A DNA stretch of 64,000 bases. Source: Lama guanicoe (Eukaryota). The stretch is from the NCBI GenBank assembly GCA_013239625.1, contig MU056270.1:1-64000 (forward strand), read 5' to 3'. The position numbers and the translations under genes were made by a program. Below are positions 48,001 through 60,302 of this stretch, in pieces. A model generated the notes under the pieces. That model saw nothing but the letters and a program-made list of their open reading frames with translations, had not been told where the DNA came from and did no database searches. Positions within the stretch are counted from its first letter, which is position 1; every line of letters begins with the position of its first letter.

Positions 48001-49859
48001 AACGCGATTGACTGAGGGCCTGTTCTGCCGTGGGAGCTCAGCCACGTGAGCTGTGTTCTGCTGGTCCCTTCACCTGCCCAAAATGGAAATACCGGAGCGA
48101 CTCCCGGCAGCCTGTGGGTGGGGCGGAGGTGGGGGGTTTGTGCCAGTGCCTGCCTGCCTCTCAGCTGCTGAGCGGGGTGTCAGGGCGTGAAAAAGGGTTT
48201 GTTCTCTGAGGAATGTGACGTGAACGCTTCCCAGGTGCTAATTTCCAGCTCTGAGCTCTGTTTGTCCCCGTCAGAACTGAATGGCTGCTGAGCAGTGCTT
48301 TTTCCCAGGGACTGGGTTGTCCTAACTCAGAACTGCAGGATGCTCGGAAGCTCCAACTGTGAGACATTTGGAAACGTCCGGAGGACCTGAGAGTGTGGCA
48401 TGAAGGCCACCCCTCCAAGAATCGCTGGCAGGCGTTTCTTCCGACTGCACACTGGACCGTTTGTACAAATGCCTGTTTTGTGCCCGGCATTACGTGAGGT
48501 TCTTGATCAATCTTACTGCCACTTTTCACACCAACTGTATGAAGGAGGTATTACCATATCCATTTAGAGATTAAGAAGCTAAGCAGAAGAAGGAATAGAA
48601 AGATTCAGAAGTGGAAGGAGCAAGCTTCAAGTCTGGGGCTATCTGAACATATGTAACCTTATCCCCAGCCTCATCTTCAGTTCTCACCTCCGTTAGCTGC
48701 GTCTCTGCTTCACCTTTCTGCCTTGGGCAGAAAAATCAAACCCCCTACCCCCAGCTTTGTATCTTCACCCCAATTATCTGAGCATTTATGCCTCACTACC
48801 AGGGATCACTTCTGCCTTTCTTGAAACAGTAACCACATCCAGGTCAGGCCAGAGTGACCACTCTCTGCCCCCCACCACCCTGGCTCCAAGTCACCCTTCC
48901 CTTCTCTGCTCCACATCCGTCCCTTGGTCTTCCAGACCCAAATCTCATGACTCCATTAGCACCCTGGCCCACACACTGCCGGGCAGGTGCTGCCTCGGGC
49001 AGGGAAGTAGCTTTGTGAAGGATATGACTCACCTTGCAGAGCCCCAGAGACAGGGTGTAACCTCCTCTGGGGGGCACCGGCTCTGATGGCCGCAGACAAG
49101 ACAGCAGTTGTGTGCTTGGGGCTCCGGCTCTGCCTTCACGGGGGGCTGGGCTGGCAGCCAAGCTCCCTGTGCTGGGAGGCCTGGGCTTTAACCAGCCCCT
49201 GCCCTGCCTGTGAAATGGGAATAGCGTCTTCCCAGAGGTTCACTAGAAGGATCAGATTAAAAACCTTACTTGACGTCTCTCCCATCGCTGAAAGTTCAGT
49301 AGATGGTAGTTGTCATCCACTTGCCTGTGTTACTGTCCTCTCTGGGAAACTGGATTTGAGCAGCAAAGAAGCGGGCACAGCTGGCCACGACGCCATGTCC
49401 TGCAGCAGGGCTCACGGGGACGGCAGTGAACTGCCTCTGGGGACACAGCCAGGATGATCTGGGGTCTCCTTATTTTTCTCAGATGTCTTCACTCACGACC
49501 CCCAACTCCATTCTGACCAAAGGTAAGCATTTTTCTGAAAGAATAGTCAGTCCATGGACTTGGAGTGAAGAGAAGCCCTTTCTGGACCCTGAATTAGAGG
49601 CGTCCTCACTCTTCCATGGACACCGGCCCTCCCACAGCTTCCCAGATGAGACGAACTGCCTGCCGTGAGGCCCCTTCACGGCCAGCGTCCACAGCGCTCT
49701 CCAGGGACGCCCTCCCCACTCCTCTGAGCAGGGCTGATTGCGCAGTCTTTGGTGTGGCCAAAGCTCTCCGATTGTACTTCGGTAACTGTAATTAACATGA
49801 TTACTTTCCTATTTGATTTGATAGTTTTCCCCACTCGATTTTTAAGCCTGTGTATACAC

Positions 49860-50345
49860 TAAATGCCTTTTGGCTACGAGTAATAGAAAAACCTGGCTTA
49901 AAGCACAAGGACACTAGTTCACTTAGAAAGTTCAGAGAGAGCTGGATCCACAGCACTTCAGCCGCTCAGCGACACAGCTGAGCTCAGGTTCTCTCTGTCC
50001 TGCTGCTCTGCCACCCATGGGGAGTTGGGCTGTCTACGGAGTGTCCATCATTTAGAGTGGGAAGACGGCAGCTGCCCCAGCGGCATGCCTCCACGCCAGC
50101 CCCAGGCAGGAAGGGTGGGGGGAGGCAAAGGGCTGTCTCCTGCGTTTCTCTCCCGCATCAGGAAGGGAAATAGTTTTAAGCAGCCCCAGCACACTTCCTC
50201 TTCTGTCTCACTGGTCAACATGGGATCACGGGTTCTCTCCTGGGCCAGTCCCTGGCAAGGGGAAAAGATTACTGCACCTTTTTGAGCCATTCTCTAGAGC
50301 TGCCATTTGTTCCCTACGCACAACTGGGGTTCTTTCACGAAGGAA
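49860..50345 (-). mobile_element. Old MLT1 (J/K/L-like) MaLR LTR
   Basis: TTTTGGCTACGAGTAATAGAAAAACCTGGCTTAAA...TCTCACTGGTCAACATGGGATCAC; heavily diverged. Confidence 0.5.
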
Positions 50346-51619
50346 GATGCGGGGAACGGCTGGGGAGATGTGGAATGTGTCCTCAGACATGAGAAAGGCT
50401 CCAAAGGGTACGAGGGAAGGAAGGAGGGAAACAAACAGCCAGCAGCAATGGGAAGGAGGAGGAAGGAGACAAGACAGAAATATTTACACAAAAATGCAAA
50501 GTCCTAGCTTGTAGAAAAATTTTAAACCGGATTTATGTTACAACTAAATCATATCATCATGATACTGTGGCTTAATAGTTGTCAAACTTTTTGAGGCAAA
50601 CAAATTTTATGTCAAATAAATAAACTCTTGTTTCTGTTTTCATTCTGTGGGTCAGTATAAGTCCAAAGACAATCTATTGTACCACAGACTTTTTGGCTTA
50701 ATCCTGGTTTGCTCTTGGGAAAAATGCTCCCTGCCTTTTTAGACTGAAGACAAGCACTTTCTCTGGAGATTGATAGAGAGACAAACAGAGTTAAAAAATA
50801 AACTTCTGCAAATGTAATTTTTTTTCAAAGGAGCAGTCTCTCCCGAGCCCTCAACGTGTGGCGTCCTTGTTGAAGTCCTCCCCAGATTCTCGGGCAGTGT
50901 TGGTGGAATCTCAGCAGCTACGTTCTGGAAAGACTGACAAGCCTCCTTTTCATGGTGCCTGTGTCGGAAGAAGGGCAAGACAAGAGATGACATTGGAAGT
51001 TGTGCCCCAGAAACCAAGGGGCAGAAGTGTGCGATCGCACCACTCCCAGAACATCTAAAAGCAGAGGGGGCTCAGCCAGGCACTGGGTGCTGACGTGTGG
51101 GCTTGTTCTCACCTTCCTGCTGTCGGGTGGATCCACGTCTGTTTCAGTGGTTTTGAAATGAAACTCACCTGGGTGTGTGTGGTTTGGCTTCATTCTTCAG
51201 GTTTAGGAGCTCCCCAAGATCAGACTGAAACCCTCAAACCCGTGCCTCATAAGACACTGGCCCTTGTAATGTACTGTAGTGTAACGTGTGCTTCAAATTC
51301 ACATCACCTGAAACAGGTGGACTCTCACGTCCAACAGGACCCGCCTCCTAGCCAGAGACCCCTGGAGCCCTGAGCTGACAAGACAGCCTTGTGTCTAGCA
51401 CTGACTCAGAATGAAGACAGCTTGGGTGCCAGACAAAACTCCATTTACTCCAGACCTTGCCCTTTAAACCATCTCCAATACACAAAGATGATGTAAATTC
51501 TTCAAATTCACGCCCAAATGAAATCATTATAACTAAATACACATATATAAATACACAACATTCCTATATACGTATGTATGTCCTCACATACATGCTTATA
51601 AGTGCATGTGTATGTGCAC

Positions 51620-51883
51620 CGTTCTGAATCTTGCTTTTTCACTTAATGATATGACTTGCAGAACTTTCCATATGATCATATTTAGATCTGCCTCATTCTG
51701 TTTAATAGCTGCAAAATATTCCATAGTATGTACATGCTGTAATTTATCTAGTCTTCCATTTAGGAAATAGGAGTTTTCCCCTCCTTCCTCCGCTTTTTTT
51801 GGCCTTACAAATAATACTGCAATAAACAGACATAGACATAGGTATCTACAGATAGATGACAGATAGGTAGATAGGTAGGTAGG

Positions 51884-51920
<37 letters not shown>

Positions 51921-52185
51921 TGATTGATAGATAGATAGATAGATGTTTACTTAAAAACACACATCCATGGCGTATATGGATTTGCCTGGAAAAGAGTATA
52001 TGCATTTTAAACTTTGACAGATATTGTCCACCAAAATTACTGTACAAATTTACCCTCCCAGCAGCACTGCAGGAGACTTTCAGGTAAACCTCACCAAAAC
52101 TGGACTTTATCAAACCTTGTTCGGTGCCATTGTTAAATGGATGGCCATTCATATCGCACTGCCATTTTAATTTGCATGTCTTTAA
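51620..52185 (-). mobile_element. L1ME-like 3' fragment containing a GATA microsatellite
   Basis: CTTGCTTTTTCACTTAATGATAT...CATTTTAAACTTTGACAGATATTGTCCA...AATTTACCCTCCCAGCAGCA. Confidence 0.7.
51851..51944. repeat. (GATA)n / (GGTA)n tetranucleotide microsatellite
   Basis: Direct reading: GATAGGTAGGTAGGTAGATAGATAGATAG...GATTGATTGATAGATAG. Confidence 0.95.
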
Positions 52186-53623
52186 TACGTGTTGTCTCAG
52201 AGTCCTCCTAAACTATCCTTATTTCTTTTTATTTATGTTTTCTGTTCTGCAGTAGTGATTTCCACTAATCTGTCTTCTAGCTCACTGATCTGTTCTTCTG
52301 CCTCACTTATTCTATTCTTGGTTCCTTCTAGTGTGTTATTCACTTCAGTGATTTTATTCTTCAGCTCTGTTTGGGTGTTCTTTATACTTTCCAACTCCTT
52401 GCTAAAAACTTCACTCTGTGCATCTATACTCCTCTTGAGTTTTCTGAACGTCTTTGCCATCATTACTTTAAACTCTTTCTCAGATAGATTGCCTGTCTCC
52501 TCATCACTTATTTGTTCTTCTGTGATTTTACCTTCTGCCTTAGCCTGGAAGATATTCCTCTGCTGCCTCATGCTGTTTATCTTTCTGTTTGTATTTTTAG
52601 GTAGGTGAGTTATGTTTCTCGACCTTAGAGAGGTGGCCCTCTGTGGGAGACGTCCTATGGGTCCCAGCAGTACACTCCTCTCCTGCCAAACAAGGGCCAG
52701 TGTTCAGCAGGTCCCAGTGTAGAGTCTGGCCTGTGTGTGTGGGCTCCTTCCACAGGCTTTGGGATTATTATTTTCTTATTTCTAGTATCTGCCCTGGTGG
52801 ATGAGGCTGGACTAGAGGCTTATGCAGGTTTCCTGGGAGGAGGAGCCAGTGCCTGCCCACTGCTGCGTGGAGCTCGGTCCTGGACCTCTGGTGGGTAGAG
52901 CCCACCAGTATCTAGAGGCATCTGTGGCTCAGGAAGTCTGCTGATGAGTGGGGTTGTGTTCCCGCCCTGTATGTTTGTCCCTACAGGCTGTTGGGTGGGG
53001 CTAGGTCTTGGGGCTAATGATCCAATCACGATGTCAGTTTCTGGGAAAACTCAAGTAGATGAACACTCCCAGAACGTCCGCCATGAGCTTTTATGTCCCT
53101 GGGTGAGCCGCAGCCATCACCCACGTCACCAGGAGAACTTCAGAAACCAGCAGGTAAGCCTGGGCCAGGTTCCTATGAAATCACTCCCGCTGGCCCTGGA
53201 CTGGCGCACACGAGATTCTGTGTACGCTTCCCAAGAGAGTGAAGTTTGTTTCCCCTAGTCCTGCGGGGCTCTTGGAGCTAAGCCCAAGATGTCCTGGGGG
53301 GTCCTACTCCTCCCGACGCCAGAGCCCTGGGCTGGGGCACCTGACGTGGGGCTCAGAGCTCTCACTCCTGTGGGAGGGCCTCCGCGACTTCATCATCCTT
53401 CAGCTTGTGGGCCGCCCACCCAGCTGGCGTGGGGCCCGCTTATAGCACAAGCACGCCCCTCCTACTATTCTGCTGTTGTTCTCTCTACATTTCCAGTTGA
53501 AGAAGATCTTTTTTGCTAGGTTCCAGTCTTTTTTTGGTGGTTATTTAGCAGTCAGTTTTGTTGTAGTCACGAGGAGACGCGAGCTCATGGGCCTACCACT
53601 CCACCATCTTGACCGGAAATCCC
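52186..53623 (-). mobile_element. L1 5' UTR plus N-terminal ORF1 (coiled coil); 3' part missing
   Basis: Minus-strand start GGGATTTCCGGTCAAGATGGTGG (YY1-type motif); ORF 52233-52571 MRQQRNIFQAK...LSEKEFKVMMAK...LEGTKNRISEAEEQISELED is L1 ORF1p. Confidence 0.88.
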
Positions 53624-54220
53624 TCTAATTTTACATTTTAAAGGAACAATGGATGTGGGAAAACAGTAAGCAATAGTGCAGAAATTTACCTCTTGTTGGG
53701 TGAACAGAGAGGACTCCAGAGTTCATTCATATTGAAACCAGTGTGGGAGGGTGAGAATTCAAGAGCTGACAAGGGACCCTAAAGACCCCCTGGTCTAATA
53801 CCTTTTTTCTATCCTGAAGAAAGCAGAGGTCACTCAGCAAATGAATGGATGAGTCCCAGTGACAGGCCAGGTCCCCCCATTCTTAGTCCAGAACTCCCTA
53901 CCCTACAACATTCCTTCTCTTATAGAAACTAACGGATTGTTTACAATGTGCTTAGAAACCTGCAGTCTGTGGCAGGACAAAGCCCCGCTTTCTTTGAGGC
54001 CGAACCCACAGCACCTTTCTGGAGGGACTTGTGGGCCTGCACCCCTGGGCCAGCCTGGTGCTTGGGGTACTCCATGACCCAGGGCAGTCGTTTCACAACA
54101 GTAAACACTACCATTCATTAAGCGCCTATTATGTATGCCAGGCCCCAAGCTCCGGCGCTCTTAATCCTCACAACAGCTCTGCAAAGGAGAGTTATTAACC
54201 CCATGTTGCGATGAAGATAT

Positions 54221-54635
54221 GCTGAAGGTTGCATCATACTCCCAAAAGTCAGGCTGAAATCCTGACCCCCTCACAACCTCAGATTGTTGTCTTATTTGAA
54301 AATAAGGCTGTTGCTGATGTAATTAGTTGAGATGAAGCCACACTGGAGGAGGGTGGGTCCCCAGGCAGATATGACTGGTACCCTAATGAGAAGAGGAGAC
54401 AGACACACAGGATGTCCATGTGGCGACAGAAGCGGAGATTGGAGTAACGTAGCCATAAGCCATGGCACGCCAAGGGTTGCCAGCAACCACCAGACGCTGG
54501 GAGAAAGAGAGGCACGACCTTGCCAACACCTTGGTTTTGGACTTCTGGCTTCCAGGCTGTGAGACAATGAATTTCTGTTGCTTCAATCTACTCAGTCTGT
54601 GGTCATTTGCTGTGGCAGCCCTGGAAACTAATACA
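54221..54635 (+). mobile_element. MLT1B-like MaLR solo LTR inserted in a MIR
   Basis: CTTATTTGAAAATAAGG...ATGACTGGTACCCTAATGAGAAGAGG...CACCTTGGTTTTGGACTTCTGGCTTCCAG..TGTGAGACAATGAATTTCTGTTG...GCAGCCCTGGAAACTAATACA. Confidence 0.85.
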
Positions 54636-57600
54636 GACACTGAGACTCAGTAGGTAGAAAGTTCTCCCAAGTCCACCTAGTCAGGAGTCACGCTGAAGGC
54701 TTCCTGGTTCCGAAACGTCATGTTCTTGTCTCTACTCCACACTGCCCGCCTAAGCCCAAATGAGTGGTGGAGGGGACCTGATGGCAGTCCCCCACCTCTC
54801 TTGCACTGAAAGATGCAGTGGAAGGAGGCAGGGAGGAGAAGGCGCCTCCTGGAGAGTGTTACTTCTTCTCTGAGGTTGGCAGTCATGCACACAGTCTTGC
54901 TCAAAGGAGTAACTCCTACATGGAATAGTACTCTTAGGAATACAAGTCCAGTTAGAAAAGACATCATCACCATAACAATAACAATTTTTAAAACTGCAGA
55001 AGAGCAGCTCAGGTAAAGAGCTTTGCAGGCATCGTGTTGTTTATTGTATCTTGTCCCCAGACTAACACTCCTGGTCACCATTTCTCTTACGAGGGACCTG
55101 AGGTTCAGAGAGCATCAGTGGCTTTCTCAAAGGCACACAGCAGAGAAGTGGGGATCTGAGATTTAACCCTAGGAATTGACTCTGTACCAAGTGCTGCCTT
55201 CATAGCCAGTTGTCACAAGGTGCTGGGCACAGGAGACAGTTCCAAGGGTATAAGGAGGCCATTTCCACAAGGTCTTCCAGACTGAGGTCTCACTATCAAC
55301 TCCCAGGGAAGGTGTGCTCGTTCTTTCGGACTCTTAATTAACCAGGATGAGCAGAAGAAAGTGGATGTGGCAAACTGGAGTCTTGCCTAGGGGGCCCGAG
55401 CCTTCAGGGAAGAAGGATGGGTGAGGAAGGAACGGAGGAAGGAGGTGAAGGTACCCCCAGCCCCCACATGCATATTCATAAATAACTAGTCCATTAAAGT
55501 CCCCTCCTTACAAAATACCTGGAACTTGTTGCTTGGCACCAAGTACCCCAAACTTTCCTTTTCTCCTCCTCCTCCCTGTTCCTCTAAAATCACATCAACA
55601 GATGACACTGGATAAAGGTCGCGTTGGGCACGGGAGGATGACGCCACGGGAAGGTGGACTGGTCTCGATAGGGGGAGACTTTGTGAGTGTGGCAAAGCAG
55701 CGTCCTCACGGATTGTCCCCACGCAGCCTTCCAGTGCGTCGGAGCTGCACCCAGATTGTCAGAAACTCATCATGTCTTATTTAAGACTCGGTTTCATCTC
55801 ATATTCTCTGTTCTTTTCCACAGTGAGCCCAGGGAAGCCTAAAGAGAATTTAAACTCAAAGTTTCTCCCCAAACCCTGATCAGTGAACATAAATATTTTC
55901 CCATTCAAGAAAGAAAGAAGAAGAAGGAAAGAAAAAAGGTTTTGGAAACTTCCTTTGATGAGCTGATTTTCCTTATCTGTTGTGCTCTCTCTCTCGGCCT
56001 CATTTTCCATTCTTTCAGACATCACAAAGCAGAAAAGAAACTTACAGAGACCCATCCAGGACCAGGAACCCACCCACACACTGAAGGCTGTAAGGGGGGA
56101 TGTGGTTAATTATTTCACAGAGAGAAACCTCTTTTTGGGGGCAGCAGAGAGAGAAGAGGTTGAATTCTTTGCTCACTTGAGTTTGGCAAAATAAAATTCA
56201 AGAACTGGGGTCCATAGGACCAAGAGGGACAGAGAAGTAATGGAAGAACAGCCACGTGGGCTGTGCCACCAACCCGGGTCTTTCCCGGCCCACTGCTTTC
56301 TCTGCACGCTCCTGGCAGTGCAGGTCTCTGGGAGGTTTTACCTGGGATGGCGACGGGGGAATAAAGAGGGCTCTAGGATGAACTGTTACAATTGAGTGGG
56401 GGCTTTGCATTTCTGACCTCACACCTGTGTGGACAATAAATGGAACTTTCTATAACTGAAAACAACGGCACCGTCTTCCTTGGGCCATCTTTCCAGATGT
56501 GCCTTTTCTATCTTTGCTTTCTTGGTAATTCCCTTTTACCCTGTCCCCTCACAATTCCCATTAACACTGTTCATCTAGGGCTTCAGAGGAGTGCTTTTGT
56601 GACACAAAATGAAGTGAAAATTCTGCCCTCATGTCACTCTTTGAGCCTATAAGAAGGAAATTCGTAAGTTGCTGCCAGCCTATCTGACTCTTTGTCTTCT
56701 CTCATGTCACTTCAGGATGCCAAGCTTCAACTAAAAATAAGAGTCTTGGCACAGAACAAAAGTAAAATGCCATTCTTGTGTGTAGTATTGATACACACAC
56801 ACACACACACCAGCTCTGTGTTGGACGTGCTGAAAGACCGCGCATGGCTCATTCATTAATGGTGGAGATGTAAATGGTTTGCAGCGCTCGCGGTGAGCAG
56901 TTTGGCGACAGGCATCAGAAGATCTTTCACATTTTGAACGCCCATCAATTCTACTTGGAAAAATTTTAATTATATGTTAAAAATGACATCTATAGCCCAA
57001 AGTGTGTGTGCACAATGTTTATGAAAGCACTGCTTAAATAGTGAGTCACATGAAGCCATTTAAAAATCAGAAACTGCACTTGCGAAGTATTTTCAGTGCT
57101 TTCCTGCAACGGAAGAACTGTGCAATCATTACAGTTTGTTACAGACAGATACTAACCACATAAAAGTGTCAGTGATATCCTGGAAAGTTCATGCTACAAA
57201 ATAAGATTTATAGTTTTGTTTTTGCCAAAACTTATATTTATATCATGTGATATAAATTGAACAAAGACCAAAAACCCCTAAAAGCTGAAATGTCATCATT
57301 AGTATTCCTAGATCATGGGCAATCAAAACATCTTTTTCTTTTTCTAAAATGCTCACGGTGCATTTTTCTGTGTCTGTATTATTCATAATTAGAACTTTTA
57401 AAAAGAAATTCAGATGACCAATGACACAACAATTTTGAATGTTTTGTTCTTTCCATCAAAATGTTCTCTCCAACATAAAGCCCCACAGAAGACAGCACAG
57501 TGCGCAGCCCTACAGACTTTATTCAAGCTTGAAGAAGGAACTTCACAGAAATGAAAACCATTTGTGTTTCACACACCTGTTCTAAACTGGAGGCTAAAGA

Positions 57601-57952
57601 TAACAGCTCCTGGTGAATTCAAAATAAATTCACAAAAAAACAAAACAATCTCCTCAAAAAACAAAAAACAAAACAAAAACAAAAAACCCCACCATCTACC
57701 ACAGGCTGTTTCAGTGATCCTTAAATTCATTTTCTAGTTGATTGTCCAGTTCCTCCCTATCATTCTTCCTGTAAAATGGACCACTAGATTCATGTTCACA
57801 CAAACCAGAAGCTTCAATTGATCACTAGCAGCACTGAAATCCAAGAATATGGAAATTTCACAAACCTGAGCCCAAACTTGCAAAGGACAACTGAGAGGAT
57901 GGTTTAACAAAAGGAATTACATAGATTAACAAGTGGCATTTAAATATATGTC

Positions 57953-57980
57953 TATATATATATATAATATACCAAATATA

Positions 57981-58014
<34 letters not shown>

Positions 58015-58015
58015 C
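57953..58015. repeat. (TA)n/(TG)n compound microsatellite
   Basis: Direct reading. Confidence 0.9.
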
Positions 58016-58291
58016 ACCATAAAGAATCTTGAAGTAAAATCATAGTTGGGAAGTCTCTCAGTAAAGTAAGAGGGAGTTCTTAACATATACCATTATATTA
58101 ATACTTATTAACTTTAACTTTTGAAAGAACATACTTCACAGAAATAAAACGGTTGCTTGAAGTTTAAAAATGGAAACAACTGATGAAATAATACATTTAT
58201 TTGATCTGAGGAGTTAATTTCATTTTTAGTTTGGTTTACAGTATTTCAAAATGCTGATTTTAAGTTTTTAATTAAATGAAAAGATACATAT

Positions 58292-58681
58292 TTAGAAGGA
58301 GACTGCAGGCCCAGAATGGAGTCACTTGTTCTAAACCCACATCAGCAGACCAAATTTGATACCTGACCTAACTGAAGTTTTAACCCCCCATGAATGCAAG
58401 CTACGCTCAGTCAACCTGGAACCATCCGGTGGACACTAACGAGCCAATCCTCCCGAGAGGCCTTTTTGTTTCTTTTAGGAAGGTGACCTTGCCTGAAACA
58501 ATGTATTGCTTGCTAACGACTTCATTCTTCCACCTGCCTTCTGCCTTTAAAAATGTTTCCTCTTGTACAGTGCAGTGGAGCTCCTTTCTATTCGCTAGAG
58601 GGAATGTTCCTGATTTATAAATCATTGAATAAAGCCAATTTGATATTCAGATTTGATCAGTTCAATTTTTATTTTTTAACA
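58292..58681 (+). mobile_element. ERV1-class solo LTR (MER34/LTR39-like)
   Basis: AATGGAGTCACTTG near the 5' end, GGAGCTCCTTTCTATTCGCTAGA and ATTGAATAAAGCCAATT poly-A region, TTTTAACA 3' end; TSD ATAT (58288-58291, 58682-58685). Confidence 0.75.
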
Positions 58682-59660
58682 ATATGAACATTCTTCTTTT
58701 GAATAAGTTGTCCTTTACACAGAGATAGGAGCTATGTGCACAAGACCTGCAGTTACCATTGTGAGTGACGGTGGAGATGCCACCAGACTCTCAGCTCCTT
58801 TCATATTTCTTAGACTGGTTTTCATCTACCCTTAAAACTGCAACTCATCCAAGATAGCAAAAATATCTCCTTATTCAGTAACTTCTCTGGAGATGTAAAC
58901 ACCGTACTTGGCTTGGAGATACAGATTCTAGGTCCAGATCCATCTAAATGGAGTCCTGGACCACGCTGGCCCTGGGGCCTCCATTTCAGAAGGGGGTAAC
59001 AGTAGTATGTCATGATCTTCCCCACGTTGTGTGAAGAACAGAACCAGACAGTGGAGCAGTGTGAGGTCAGGAGCTGAAGGCAAATGGAATGTAAATGATG
59101 TAGATGAAGGGCTTCCAAAACAAATGCTGTTGACAATATTAACGATGCCGTAGCTTGTCCTTTTCCTTCAGGGTCAACTCTTGACCAAGGTTACGGCTTG
59201 GCTTAGGGGGCCAGGTTGATGCAAAGCCACTTCTTGGCTGTGAGATTTCAGCTGCAGGTTATTTCTCACAACATCCGTGGTGCTTTCCATATAGCTCAGA
59301 AACTTACTCCACATCTCCCCCTATTTTTATTTCAGCTGGATAAATTCTTCTCCACCCTCTGGCTTGGAACTGCTGCCATGTCTCTCTGACTGAATCACAG
59401 TCTCTGTCCTTGGGGCAACCTTGACAAAGCTCTGCCCATGTCTTCAGGGAGTTTCATGTGTACAACTGATCAGGCTTCCCCCACTTGCCCCAACCATTTT
59501 CGTAGTATTCTCACTCAGTCAGAAGAGTGAAACTCAATTTTCAATATTCCTCTCAGGCATATCAATGTTTGCTGACTCTCTAAAGGCAGTCTTCTGAATT
59601 GGGTTGATTGATAGGGCCCTCCTTGGAAGAAGACGTGGATAGGGGCTGGTAAATTGGGGC

Positions 59661-60130
59661 TGTGAACAAAAAACACTGCAAGTCCTCCCAGTAAACAAAG
59701 AATGCTGTGGCCGTCGAGCCGTCAGCCAGCTCGGGATGCAGACCAGCAGGCAGCCCGGCCTCTGCAGCTGCCCTCAGCAGTGCCCTGAGGGACGTGGAAG
59801 AGCAGGGTGCTGGCCCTAGATTGCCGGCTGCATCTCAAAGAAACAATTCCAAGGATCCCAGAATTTTGCCCCTTCCCATACACAGAAAAGTGCTAATTGT
59901 TTTAACCTCAGGTGTCTGGTTTTCTTTAGTAATCTTTTAATGTTCCGACTACCTGGTCTTTGTTGTAAAGTTCCTGTATATCCTGGCTCCTCCCCCACCT
60001 CTTCTGAGCAGTCCCTCAGAGCAGCCTGAGAGGCTGTCATCCTGGATTCCAAGGGGTTCAAGTCCTCAGAAATGCCTGCCGAAAAACATAACTCTCAACT
60101 TTTAAGTTGTGCATTTTATTTCAGTCAACA
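59661..60130 (+). mobile_element. ERV1-class solo LTR
   Basis: TGTGAA...CAGTCAACA ends; 4-bp TSD GGGC (59657-59660, 60131-60134); homologous to 2870-3336. Confidence 0.88.
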
Positions 60131-60302
60131 GGGCAAATGTCAGATTTATTTAAACATTTTAAAATTTGTCGTTGTATTTCATAAGTTTTGTATTTCACAG
60201 AAAATTTGTATTTTTTTCCCCTTACAATCATATAAAATTAGAGCTGGAATGATCTACCACCACCACCACCACCCATTTTATAATGAGAAAATTGAAGCTT
60301 AG

